Shown here in pieces: positions 1 through 12,795 of a DNA stretch of 64,000 nt. Made by a program: the position numbers and the translations under genes. Position 1 is the stretch's first letter. Every line of letters begins with the position of its first letter. Below the pieces are notes generated by a model, which was given only the letters and a program-made list of their open reading frames with translations, was not told the origin of the DNA and did not search any database. The DNA is from Octopus sinensis. Its lineage: Eukaryota. The stretch is from the NCBI RefSeq assembly GCF_006345805.1, contig NC_043005.1, positions 97,030,001-97,094,000 of the forward strand, written 5' to 3'.

Positions 1-163
1 CTCTCTCTCTCTCTCTCTCTCGTGTGAGAAATAAACGGCGAGGGTCGCAATTACTGGCAATAATACAATAATATCATCTTCCGAGACATCTGGAATTCTA
101 TCACAATGGAAAAATATGGTTGCCGTTACTCTGGTAGGGTATAGCATGTGTATGTGTCTGTGC

Positions 164-256
<93 letters not shown>

Positions 257-491
257 TGTGCGTGCGTGCGTGTGTGTGCGTGTGTATGGGAGGTTTTAGA
301 GTCGATGATGTAACTGGATACAGACTGCGAAACAGCTGGCAACAGAGGCCGTAATAATACCGAGAAGTGGATGTTCTGTTAGAACAAACTGCACTGCGGT
401 GCTTACCATGTGCGAAACTCTTATATTAGCACACTTAGACACCACCCCGCACTCACACATGCACGCACACATATGCACACACTTATATATA

Positions 492-542
<51 letters not shown>

Positions 543-575
543 GCATGTAACTATGCATACGTACATACATACATG

Positions 576-618
<43 letters not shown>

Positions 619-876
619 TATATATATGTATGTATTATGTGCGTTTATACATACATAATATACACACAGAAATCTAACATAACACGCATGCATATACATG
701 TGTTTATATATATATATATATGTATGCATACATACAGAAAGACAGACAGACACGCGCACACAAACCAGCATACATGTACGTGCGTAAGTCTGTGTGCATG
801 TATATATTCATACATACACATGTAATATACGTACATGCATACACTCATATAAAATTATTACAAATACAGACACACA

Positions 877-927
<51 letters not shown>

Positions 928-1511
928 TACATATATGCATTATATATATATATATATATACATATACATTATACACACACACATACAGACATACATACAC
1001 GCATACGTATATTCATAATATTTATATTCATACATATAGACATTCATATCTAAATGCTAATATTTAGTTAAAGGTGTAAACATTTCAAGTACCCATCTAC
1101 ATTATGAATATAAGACGTGATACGTTGGACAGTGTACAGTGTGACATTGTAAGCTGAATGCGAAGGAAATCGATTTTCATCTAGAATCATTTAAAAATCA
1201 ACTTGTAAATATGAGCAGCTCCTGGCGCTATTTTGTAGATTCCATTTCTATGAGCAAACTTTCCTGTATTTGGCACTTGTAGGATTTTCCTATATTTACG
1301 TGTATCTTTTTTCGATGACGTACATCATATGGAGTAGTGTTATGCATATACGCTGACATAACCATTCATTCACGCGCGCTAGCGCAAACACACATATACA
1401 CACACACACACACACAAACGCACGCACATACATGCATACATACAATAGACATCTATTTGTAATATTCTATTGCTTTTCTCCAAATTCATTAAGTTTAAAA
1501 ACTTCTCAACA

Positions 1512-1558
<47 letters not shown>

Positions 1559-1560
<2 letters not shown>

Positions 1561-2112
1561 GCCCTGATGCAGTACCAGGCAGTGGCTCTCATGGCTTCTG
1601 ATCTTAACTGACTGGAAGTGTTATCATGTACATTGTTTTGTCTTGGTATAAAAGATGGGCTACAGCAAATATTCTGCTCAATACCACAGATTTGCTTGTC
1701 AGTTGTTTGACCTTAACCAGTTGAGCATGTCCCTTAGTGGCTGACGATATGTGCATCTCTGATCACGAGCAGAAGTAGTGGGGGAGCATCATAGCCATGT
1801 GTTGAGAGGGATTCTTTGGGGTTGAATAGTTCACCTCTGGAAACATGGGTGGTTCTTTCAACATCCTTAAACAACCCTTATTCAGGGACCGTTTGAGCGG
1901 GATGGGCTACTCAACCTGAAGAGAATCTAACTGGGCCCCACCTGCAAGGTCATGTGCTGTTTATCTTGATATGAGATCACCATGTCGTGCACATATGGTT
2001 GTGATGCATGTGCCTGGTGTACCTTTATCAGACAGGTAGTCATGATGGGTATATTGGGCTTCGTATATTTTACCCCAGTGTCACTGTGATGGCATGAACT
2101 GCTCTCTCACTC
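1559..2112 (+). mobile_element. ~550-bp non-coding interspersed element (family E), copy 1, embedded in (AAT)n
   Basis: Begins atgccctgatgcagtaccaggc and ends ctctctcactc followed by (AAT)n. Four more near-identical copies in the window. No ORF. Orientation is assumed from the AAT tail. Confidence 0.85.
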
Positions 2113-2136
2113 AATAATAATAATAATAATAATAAT

Positions 2137-2685
2137 ATGCCCTGATGCAGTACCAGGCAGTGGCTCTCCTGGCTTCTGATCTTAACTGATTGAAAGTGTT
2201 ATCACGTACATTGTTTTGTCTTGGTATAAAAGATGGGCTACAGCAAATATTCTGCTCAATACCACAGATTTGCTTGTCAGACTTTAGCCAGTTGAGGATG
2301 TCCCTTAGTGGCTGACGATATGTGCATCGCTGATCACGAGCAGAAGTAGTGGGGGAGCATCATAGCCATGTGTTGAGAGGGATTCTTTGGGGTTTTAATA
2401 ATTCATCTCTGGAAACATGGGTGGTTCGTTCAACATCCTTAAACAACCCTTATTCAGGGACCTTTTGAGCGGGATGGGCTACTCAACCTGAAGAAAATTC
2501 TAACTGGGCCCCACCTGCAAGGTCATGTGCTGTTTATCTTGATATGAGATCACCATGTCGCGCACATATGGTTGTGATGCATGTGCCTAGTGTACCCTTA
2601 TCAGACGAGTAGTCATGATGGGTATATTGGGCTTCGTATATTTTACCCCAGTGTCACTTTGATGGCATGAACCGCTCTCTCACTC
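2137..2685 (+). mobile_element. family E copy 2 (tandem with copy 1)
   Basis: Same 5' and 3' termini as copy 1, separated from it only by an (AAT)n tract. Confidence 0.85.
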
Positions 2686-2760
2686 AATAATAATAATAAT
2701 AATAATGATAATAATAATAATAATACCAACAACAACAATAATAATAATGGTAATAATAAT

Positions 2761-2909
2761 TTTCATATGTTTTCAGAGGCATTCGCTAGAACAATACTCT
2801 GTGCAAAACCAAAAGTATAGCACCTTTGTCATAACACTTGAACTTGTCTCTTGAGGTTTCTGGATAAGATTTGGCGTCAACGTGTAGAAATACATAGCAA
2901 AAGCCAAAC

Positions 2910-2952
<43 letters not shown>

Positions 2953-3133
2953 TTTATATTACTTTTAAAACAAACTTTTAATTTGCTTATGTCTTGAAAG
3001 ACATTGTCTAGAACAATACTCTATGCAAAACTAAATATATGGCACCCTAGTCATAGCACCAAGTTGAACTTCTAACTTGTCTCTTGAGATCTCTGGGTGA
3101 GACTTGTACAAGCACGAAGCAAAAGCCAAATAT
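2761..3133 (+). mobile_element. two tandem 5'-truncated retroelement 3' ends with (AAT)n tails (probable R4/Dong-like 3'UTR)
   Basis: 2761-2912 and 2953-3133 share ctagaacaatactct...cttgtctcttgag...gcaaaagccaaa and end in (t)ataat. The Dong assignment is inferred from (TAA)n targeting. Confidence 0.5.
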
Positions 3134-3136
3134 ATA

Positions 3137-3677
3137 ATGTACCCTGATGCAATACCAAGCAGTGGCTTTCATGACATCTGATCTTAACTGTTATCATGTG
3201 TTTTCACGTAAATGTTTTGTCTTGATGTAAAAGATGGGCTATAACAAATATTCTGCTCAATACTACAGATTTGCTTGTCCTTGATAGCTTACGGTATATG
3301 CGTCTCTGATCACGAGCAGAAGTAGTGGGAGAGCATCATAGCCATGTGTTGAAAGGAATTCTTAGGGGTTTGGATAATTCATCACTGGAAATATGGGCAT
3401 TTCGTTCAACATCCTTAAACAAACCTTATTCAGGATCCTTTTGAGCAGGATGGGCTATACGACATGAAAATTCTAATTGGGCCCCATCTGTAAGGTCACC
3501 CGCTATTTATTTTAATAACGAATCATCATGTCGTACACATACGGTTGTGATGCATGTGGCTGGTGTACCTTTATCCTCAGACGGGTATACGTTGACCTTC
3601 GTATATGTTATGTTGACCTTCGTATATGTTATGTTGACCCCAGAGTCACTTTGATGTCATGCACAGCTCTCTCACTC
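3137..3677 (+). mobile_element. family E copy 3 (more diverged)
   Basis: Colinear with copies 1-2, with an internal deletion and a 21-bp tandem duplication near 3590-3640. Confidence 0.8.
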
Positions 3678-3739
3678 AGCAACAACAGCAACAGGAACAA
3701 CAAGTTAGAGAACAAGAACAAGAACAACAATATTGATTT

Positions 3740-3915
3740 CAAATTTTGGCACAAGGAAGGGGGTAAATCGATTACATCTTGCCCCAAAACATGGCTGGAA
3801 CTGGGGAGGGCTGTACGAGCAAAGCTGACTTCGGCGGGAGTTGAAGTGAGAGCATAAAATACCAGAACAAATAATGTTAAGCATTTTGTCTGACGCGCAA
3901 ACCATTCTACCAAGA
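3740..3915 (-). mobile_element. degenerate SINE family A
   Basis: Reverse-complement similarity to 24997-25229 (tttcaaattttggcacaagg...aatcgattacatc...agcattttgtctgacgcgc). Confidence 0.55.
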
Positions 3916-4186
3916 CCCAAAATGATGTATATGACTCACACACACACACACACACACACACACCACACACACACACACAACACACACACACACACATGCA
4001 TATACATAGACGCATATATTAATGATTATATTATTTTGTGTGTGTCTGTATATATGCGTATGTGTATGTTTGTATATATATGTATATATATATACATTCA
4101 TATTCATTATGTATACACACACACCTATATATATATATATATACACACACATAATAAAATGTATACACACACACACCACACACACA

Positions 4187-4308
<122 letters not shown>

Positions 4309-4454
4309 CATGGCGTAGACAGTAACACACAAATATATAATAGATACAGTTACACCTATGATAAAATGATAAAATAGAACTGGAGATTGAGTGAATCATC
4401 ATATTTCAATAAATAGATGAATAAATAGATAGATGAATAGATGAATAATGTTAT

Positions 4455-4620
4455 TGTATTCTGTTCAGTTGCTCGATCAACTCAGCTACGAAGTCATTGC
4501 ATTAGCATATTAGTGGCTAGGTACTCTATAGACTCGGGTACCCTTTCACGTAATTCTCAAATGTAATTTGCGTGACACACTGTGATAAGGCTGGTGCTTT
4601 GAATTGTGGGTAGAATCAAT
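4455..4620 (-). mobile_element. degenerate 3' part of SINE family C
   Basis: Reverse-complement similarity to 52310-52450 (gtaccctt..cgta.ttctc...gcgtgacaca..gtga.aaggct). Confidence 0.5.
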
Positions 4621-4847
4621 TAGAAGTGCTTCTGTACAGTTTGCATCTACGTAAATTAATAATGCATAAATTATTCACAATGTATGGATTCCGTTGCGTG
4701 TTATCTTGGGCAAGTGTCATTTTTCTATAACTCGAATTGACGTACATACCTATACAATCATATACACGCACATATATAAACACGCACATATACATATATT
4801 TATATACGTATAAATACATATCGTATCTATCTATCTATCTATCTATC

Positions 4848-4919
<72 letters not shown>

Positions 4920-6024
4920 GCTATCTCTCTCTCTCTCTATATATATATATATTTATATATCTATCTATCTGCATATGTACACATACATATGCATATGTAT
5001 ATGCATGCGCATATAAATATATCTATTTATTAATACCTAACTATATATACATACGTATATTATTATTATTATTAATGATAAAATAAAAAAATGTTATAAC
5101 ATTAACAAAACAACAACAACAACAACAACAACAACAATAGTGTTGTATTCTCGTATCAGCCATGTTACCAATCAGTTTCATCCAAGATTTGAAATAATTC
5201 CCGCAATAATAAGAAAAAACTGAAATGAAAAGAAATTTCTTATCTCGTTGGATGGAGTTAGCATATTCTACGTAGAGTATCGGACATATAATTCCACAGT
5301 GGTAAAAGGTACTTTTCCTTTTAGCCCTTTCTGACGATTGTTGGTGTTATCTCACTCCTTGTATGAAACCAACAGGGGAAATGATTGATATAAGAATATA
5401 ATATTGTATTTTGTTAGTAATAATACCCCACCGCCACTCAATATATGAATGCTTAGACAACTACAACAGCAGCAGCAACATGAACAAGATGAAGAAGAAG
5501 AACAACAACGCATACACACACACACATACACAGAAAGTAGATAGTGGTTGACTGAGGCGGTTCTTGTACTAAGTGTCCTTCGTGTGTTACCCTAAAAGTG
5601 TTTTACATCACGTGACTTAACTACTGTTAAAGGTCCACAGGAGATTTAACATTCAAAGGTGTCAAGGCAATTCGAAAGGCGCTGTCTCCCATGACACGAT
5701 CGTAATTTCTAATATCACCTATGTAGGTATGAACACACACACACAGACGCGCGCACGCACACATGCATGTATGTATATGCATATATTAATACACACATAC
5801 ATACGTGTACATACACACATATATATATTTTTTGGAATGTTGACTCCCGAAGCTGTAAATAAGTCTTCGATTTTTCTGTGCAGAAGGTTTTTTAACTCAA
5901 TATTTACTCGTTATTCTTTTCAGCTTTATCTGCTTCGAGAATCACTGTCCCCAATACCCAAAAATAATAAGAAAGAAAAATCATTTTACGCTTTCGATAT
6001 TTCTAAATTCTTATGACGTCAAAC

Positions 6025-6061
<37 letters not shown>

Positions 6062-6601
6062 CACTATAGTAATATGCATACAAACACGTGCACATATATG
6101 AGAATTAAAATTTCTCTCTACCCCACCCTGTCTCTATCACTCCTCTCTCTCTATATCACCTATCACTTTCTCGTTCCCTCTTTTCCTCTCTGGACACACA
6201 CACACACACACACACACACAACATGTATGTGAGTGCATGTAGTTAACGTTTACAATTTGAGAAATGTTTCAGGTTTCAAAATAACTTAGTCGGAGTTAAT
6301 GGAGAAAGATCTAAAAATTATATTTTATTGTGAAAATGTAGGCGTGAAGAACAGGAATGAAAGGAAATTCATCAAAGTGTTAAAAGTTGGTGGATTTAGA
6401 AATCAAGCCATTATTCCTTATAAGACGTAAGAACATGGTACAAATTTAAATTCAAGCATAATTTACTATCCCATGAGAACAGCTACTTATATTTATGTGA
6501 GTGAAATAATTTAAACATGCTATTTCTTTTGTACGCAGTAAATATATTTGTATATAAATTTAAAGTGAAGTGTTACAATAATTACGTAGAAAACTATATA
6601 T

Positions 6602-6646
<45 letters not shown>

Positions 6647-6946
6647 TTAAGAGGTATAATGCGTAATTATAACATTTTTATTACAAAGTAGCTATAAAAT
6701 TAGTAAAGGAGAGAAATAAAAAGCAACTCTATAGAGGAAGTAACGGAATGAAACAGAAATGAATCTTAAATTAAATTAGACATTTTACGAGCATGAACGC
6801 AAAAAAAAAGGTGCATACATCGGGTCATGGGAATCGAACCGCACATCTGTCGAAATTCAAGCAACCACTCTATACGATATACGTGTGTTTGAAACGTCGT
6901 GGGCGGTTCTGTGAATATTTTTCTATCCAAATCTGTTATTTTTTAC

Positions 6947-6990
<44 letters not shown>

Positions 6991-7418
6991 ATATATACAA
7001 TTAGAGACAACCTTTTAATAGAAACCACTGAATTTGAAATATTTTTGACCTGAGCTCCGATAAAAATTGTAACCTGTCCAATATGTATTTGCATGCATTC
7101 TTCAGTGAAACTAGACTGTAGCATAAAACTAGTCACTAATTTCTTACACTAAACATAACCAAATTAGAAGAAACCAACTGAAGACACAAATCTCTGAATG
7201 TGTTCTTTCTGTGACGTCTCTGTCTACTCTAATACAAATCTGACTCCTTCGTTTATTGATACATAGATTCGCCAACGAACGTTATCAATAACATATAAGC
7301 AATCCATAATTTCTCTCACTAAATGCAACTAATTTAGCAGTTACCACCCAACTAGTTTCAACGTCAAACTAAGAAAACGTCGTTACCACCCTTTTCTTTC
7401 TATTCCCACCCTTTAAAT

Positions 7419-7650
7419 CAGTGGTTCTCCACCGAAGTCAACATGGCTCTTGCGGGTATATATAAGATTTTGTTGTTTAAATTATCTGCATTAATTTTGT
7501 TATACTTCTACAATTCATAAAATATTTTAACAATTCCTAATAATATTTAATTATAAAAATATGATTTTTAAAAACAGAGAATGACTGGGAGTAAAATAGG
7601 TATTAAAGGTGCCCGAAGGTTAAAAAAAAAAAGATGGCTGAGAAACACTG
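7419..7650. mobile_element. hAT-type MITE
   Basis: Terminal inverted repeats cagtggttctc / gagaaacactg. Flanking 8-bp target-site duplication ctttaaat / cttgaaat (1 mismatch); 8 bp is the hAT signature. Confidence 0.75.
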
Positions 7651-8349
7651 CTTGAAATATCTGCTTTCTCCTTTTTTTCCTCTTCTGCCTCTTCATATTC
7701 TGCTACATTTCCCTCCCAAGAAATTCCTTTTTTCCTGTTCAGCCAATAAAAGATATTTCTTTGCATATTATATAAAAACACTTTATTATAGAACACTTGC
7801 AGTTACATCACTCCACCCTGAAGAAGAATACCCTGAAACTATATATAAGGCTTTACTACTAATTCTCACCCACATAATTTATGCAAAGGCACATCCGCAT
7901 ACTTACATTCGAAAGTAAGCAAAAATACTCCAATTTCTATATACCATGGTTGACATCAGTCCAGCTCTTGCACACGTATAACCCTTGACATTTTCAGATC
8001 TACCAAAGTCTATTATAAGTATTTGCTTGTTAATTATGTTTGCTAATGAGATTTTAATTATTTATCTGTGACCAGTGATATAAAATAAAATAGCGAATGT
8101 TGTGACTTACATTATTGTGTTTTGGTTTCTTTTCACTCTTACTGATGTAAATTTACACATTGCCTTATACGAATTCCTTCCTTCTCCCGTTCATCACCCC
8201 CGTCACATCCTTTCGTCTTCACACATCTCTCTTTATCTTCATCTTTCTTCGTCTCCCCCATTCATCTCCCTCATTTCCCTTTCATCTCCCATTCATCGTT
8301 TCTTGTTCTGTTCTATCTTCGCCCAACTATTGTTTATGACCTTCCTAAG

Positions 8350-8462
8350 ATGTGAGCTGCTAGAATCGTTAAGTAAGCCGGACAAAATGCTTTGTGGTTT
8401 CCCTTCCGGTTCTATGTTCTAAGTTCAGATTCCGCTGAGGTCGATTTTGCCTTTCATCCTTC
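8350..8462 (+). mobile_element. SINE family A, 5' half
   Basis: gtgagctgctagaatcgtt...aagttcagattccgctgaggtcgattttgcctttcatcc matches the full copies. Confidence 0.7.
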
Positions 8463-8760
8463 TCTTTCGCCTCCTTTTCATCTTACTCCTCTTCCTCTTG
8501 CTATTTCCCCCTCTTCATCTTCCCCCTCTTCATCGTCCTCATTTTCTTCCTCTTTCTCTCCTCTTCATCTTCCTCATCTTTCTTTTCCTTCTTTTCTTCT
8601 TCCTCTTTCTCCTCTTCTTCCTTTTCCTCCTCTTCCTCTTTCTTTTCCTCTTTCTCCTCCCTTACCCTTCCGTTTCCTCGTTTCATCTTCTTCCCCTTCC
8701 TCTTCCTCCTTCTCCTTCTCTTCCTCTCCCCCTTCCTCTCTCTCCCCCTCCCTATCTTAC
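8460..8760. repeat. polypyrimidine (CTT/CCT) low-complexity tract
   Basis: ~300 bp almost exclusively C/T on the + strand. Confidence 0.9.
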
Positions 8761-10199
8761 CTTTTAATACATGTCCTCACTCCCTCCCCTCACAATTCCC
8801 CCTTCCATTTCTTCCCAGCCATTTCATCTCTGATTTGTTATCTAAAATTACTTTAGTAAGCGAAAGTGTCACTTCATTATCGTTTCTGCAGGAAAAGGTG
8901 TGAACGAGACGGAATAATTGATGGAAGATATTTACACTTCAACACTTCAATTCATCCTGGGCCGATCAACAAAACAAAGCAGTATTTTATTTTAGGAATG
9001 GATAGGTGAAATCCACCACCAGAAAAAAACAAAACAAAAACAATTGCAGTAAAATTCCATCATACTGTTCTTCAAGATTTTCTACAGGTATTGTATTTGA
9101 AAAGGAATTTACTTATAGAGGCAGGTCGCGATTCGATCTCCTAACTGAAAAAAGTTACCAAGGTATGGCTGAGTTGTTAAGACGTTCACCTCGTAAACGC
9201 ATAGGTTCAGATTCGATCTCAATGGGCGGCATCTTGAACAAGTGATTTTTTTTTTACCAAAACCTAGATTTGGACCAAAACTTGTATAAGAAATTTAGTA
9301 GACGTATTTTTTGCGAAAGCCTGACAGTGGTACCGTTCTTAGTCTTCGGTAACAGACATCGCCCGTCGCCCTGTTTCACATTTCACAACTCTTCTGCTTG
9401 AATTTTGGTGGCCTTTAACAGAGTCCACTCTGTCGCAAACATTCGAACTAGGTATTCGGTTAACGTATTCATCCCTACACGGCGAATTGGTAGGGTTGTC
9501 AGAACGAAGTGACTATAAAAGCCAGTGAAGTACTCCAGTGACATGATGGGGGTTGTAATTATGTATTGGTGAATAAAATGATGCCTTCTTGCTTGGAAAT
9601 CTCGCATGTCATGCTGCGCTGGGGAAACATTTACGGAAACGATTTGCTTCTGGTAAAAGGTTGCATGAACACAACGAATGATAACTTATCACCGAACTTT
9701 ATTAATTCTCTTTGTGAAACTTTGTTTAGCATCAATCCTTAGTTATTTCGAAAACATGCAAACTTAAATCATGAAATATAATCAAGCAACGAACTCTGAC
9801 TCGCAAAAATTACTGTCATTGCGCCAAAATATGAAAACGTTGTTACTATAATCTTAATACAATGTATTGCGAACTTATTATCGGCTATGTACGGGTGGTA
9901 CAGATGGTAACAAACCGAGTAATGATTAATTTGGGTGATTAGTGACCGAGTTCAAATCCTGTAAGTCAATATCGAGTTTTGCAACTTATCCCACCGTTCA
10001 TCTACATGGAATATTTACATATTATGTGTCCAAAATATATAATCGATATTCAAAAAGAAATAGTTAATAGCGACTTCGAATTTTCGCCAATGGTAAACTT
10101 GGTATAAGTGTTTATGACAAATTGAACGTACATATGTCTCAATACATGCACATATATATGTGCGCGCACACACACATACACACACATATATATATATAC

Positions 10200-10515
10200 G
10201 ACGGGATTCTTTCAGTTTCCATCCACCAAATCCACTCACAGGGCTTTGGTCAGCTTGTGGCTATAGTAGGGCAAGTGTCTTCTACTATAGCCTCAGGCAG
10301 ACCAAATCCACTCATGAGGATTTGGTAGACAAAAGCTGAAAAAAGTCCGTAGTGTGTGTGTGTGTGTGTGTGTGTGTACATATGTGTGTATTTGTGCGGT
10401 TCTTTATCCTTGTCCCCAACCATCGCTCGACAAATGGTTTTGGTGTATTTATGTCTCCCAAGCTTAGAGGTTCGCCAAAAGAGAGCATGACCTCAGTCTA
10501 ATGACTGAAACAAGA
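10200..10515. mobile_element. two SINE family B fragments in inverted arrangement
   Basis: 10200-10268 is a minus-strand SINE B segment. 10269-10515 is plus-strand (ggcaagtgtcttctactatagcc...gatttggtagac...atgactgaaacaag). Confidence 0.7.
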
Positions 10516-10547
10516 AATACACACACACACACACACACACACATATA

Positions 10548-10845
10548 TGCATGCCTTGGTAGTTAGGGTGTTACACTAAGGATCGCGTGATCGTAGTTTC
10601 AATTCCTAGATTGGGTGGTGTGTTCTTATCTTGAATAAAACACTTCATCTCACGTTGCTCTGCCATCACTTCGACACCTGACGCGTGGTACATCGTGTAG
10701 CTGTTCAGGCAACGTCGATTTGATGGAGAGAGTGGACCAATGTACAGCACGTACTTTTGATCGCTATAAACAAATCATTTTGTGCAGGGCTTTTGGTAAA
10801 AGCTGAACACTCATACGCTGTCTTCGATGGGAGAGTCCATCATAG
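10548..10845 (+). mobile_element. tRNA-derived SINE, family C-like head with a distinct tail
   Basis: A-box-like (ggtagttagggtg) and B-box-like (gtttcaattcc) motifs, then ttgaataaaacacttcat. The tail ends cgatgggagagtcca; a related minus-strand fragment lies at 55630-55720. Confidence 0.65.
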
Positions 10846-11329
10846 ACATTTAAAATGTCTGACTGTGAGCCAGAGTAGATGAGTAAGACGATGACAGTTA
10901 AGAATACGGAAACATGTCTGAAAGTTATTGAATAGGATGGCGTTAAAAAGCCAAGTGACAAGAGCGATCGTTAATCGTCACTAATGATCTTATTCATAGG
11001 TTGGATTATGTGTAATCAGTGTAATCTGATGCAAAAGAGTTATAAGGTAGCTTTGGATGTGGACAGTACATGTTTCTAACTAAACACCCGGGTGGTGGGG
11101 AAAGTGTGAACAGAATGAGGAGTACACTTGATAGGTTAGACGTGGAGAAGGAGAATGTGGGATAAATAAGCAAACTGTCGATATATAAGACGTTTACAAT
11201 TACATGGAGTAACGAAAAAGTACGTATATTCATTCATAGGTACATACATGGACACACACGCACACACACACACACACACGCGCACACACATACACATACA
11301 TACACACACACACACACAAGCGTTGTTAA

Positions 11330-11695
11330 TGGATATAGTCTTGCGCTGGTTAATATTTTTTCAATGATTTAGGTTGCATTTTGCTTTTGATAATTTTATG
11401 TGAGCCTAAAATTCTGTTCATTGTTTTATCTCCTGTGAGGGTGGATAGATTTTGGATGATAATGTTGAAGGCTTCATTGTTTCTAGGGCTATGTGTGGAG
11501 ATGTATGGGAATATTTTAAAGTCTAGTGTAGTATTTCGGTTGACTTCCCTAATCTATTTCCTTAGCTCGTTTAATGCTATCATTTATTAATGATATTGGG
11601 TAATGTCTTTAGATTAGTATTGATCTGAGTTCAAGGAGTCTTTCTTCACGAGTATAGGTGTCCGAAACTATGGTACAGATTCTTTTCGCTAGATT
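11330..11695 (-). mobile_element. Penelope-like element fragment (RT thumb/linker)
   Basis: Minus strand translates LAKRICTIVSDT...ERLLELRS...PYISTH...NNEAFNIIIQN...HKIIKSKMQPKSLKKILT, homologous to 19130-19540. Stops and frameshifts present. Confidence 0.8.
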
Positions 11696-12795
11696 ATCTA
11701 GATTATTTCGCGGAAAATCCAATCTATGCCATTACATGCTTAGGGTGTAGTAATCATTATATTGGCCAAACGGGAATATCACTCCGTCGAAGAACCACTC
11801 TATTGTGGGTGGCGGATTAGTTCCGCCACCCACAATACAGACAGATACAGGTCAGTGATCACATAGAAAGGTGTGCTAGGAACCTTAATTCTAAATTTCT
11901 AATTTTCCCCTTCTATCAATGTTCACCGAGCACCTCGGTACAACAAAGAATGAATAAAGAGGCAACTTTCATCAATAAATATCTACCACAACTCAATATG
12001 AATACATAACTTAATGCAGAACACTACTAACCTTTCAATTAATACCACCCATACATCCCATACACCATTCACTTTTAAAGAATTATATCTACCCTAATTG
12101 CACCAAATCCAGAACTACTTACCTCCATTACACATAATCGTTTTACTCAGGGACTAGTAGACCCGACACCGTTCGGTAATAGGTGCGCATTCAAAGCAGT
12201 GATCAATAATTTTACGAAACCGGTATGCTTTTGAATCTCTTTAACAATTCACAATAATGACTTTTATTACTCTTATTCCTACCTCAGTTCATCTAGTTCT
12301 ATATACCTATCGTTACTTTTCATAAAAAGCTTTTACTTTTTTTGATTTCCAATGTGCATTTTCGCTTATTTTTTCCTCTTACTTTCCCTGTGTGTTTGTG
12401 TGTGTGTGTGTCCGTGTCCGGCTGATGTCTAGTCTGAATTTTTGCCGGTTTGTCACTATTGGAAAATAAAGGTGAGTTGGGGCTAACGAGGTCCGGTTTA
12501 AGCCCTTGCAACCTCTGCTAAATACACTAAAGGATCAAATGGTTGTAGATTCAAAAGAGGTCTGTGTTAGATCTGCCTGGTATATAATTTGGACTTGTAC
12601 TTTTAGTAAAATGAATTTGCTTACAGTTTTGCTGATGACAAAATTTTTGAAATATCAATTTCTTTTCGCAATAAAACGTGAATGAATATTACATTGTTAT
12701 TGATTTTAAAATTACATAAAATACAAATAATTCCAAAACCCAAAGTTGCAGATATATAGTTAATTAGGAGAATTATGTAGTTCCTTTTAGAACAT

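Noticed and set aside
116-1067. Many ORFs of YIYI/CVCV/HTHT type here and throughout the window
   Set aside because: Translations of dinucleotide and tetranucleotide microsatellites; no domain content
1559-3677. Repeat-spacer-like array suggesting CRISPR
   Set aside because: Repeats are ~550 bp and the spacers are (AAT)n; eukaryotic context and no cas genes
8392-8856. Ser/Pro/Leu-rich and Glu/Lys-rich ORFs
   Set aside because: Products of a polypyrimidine tract
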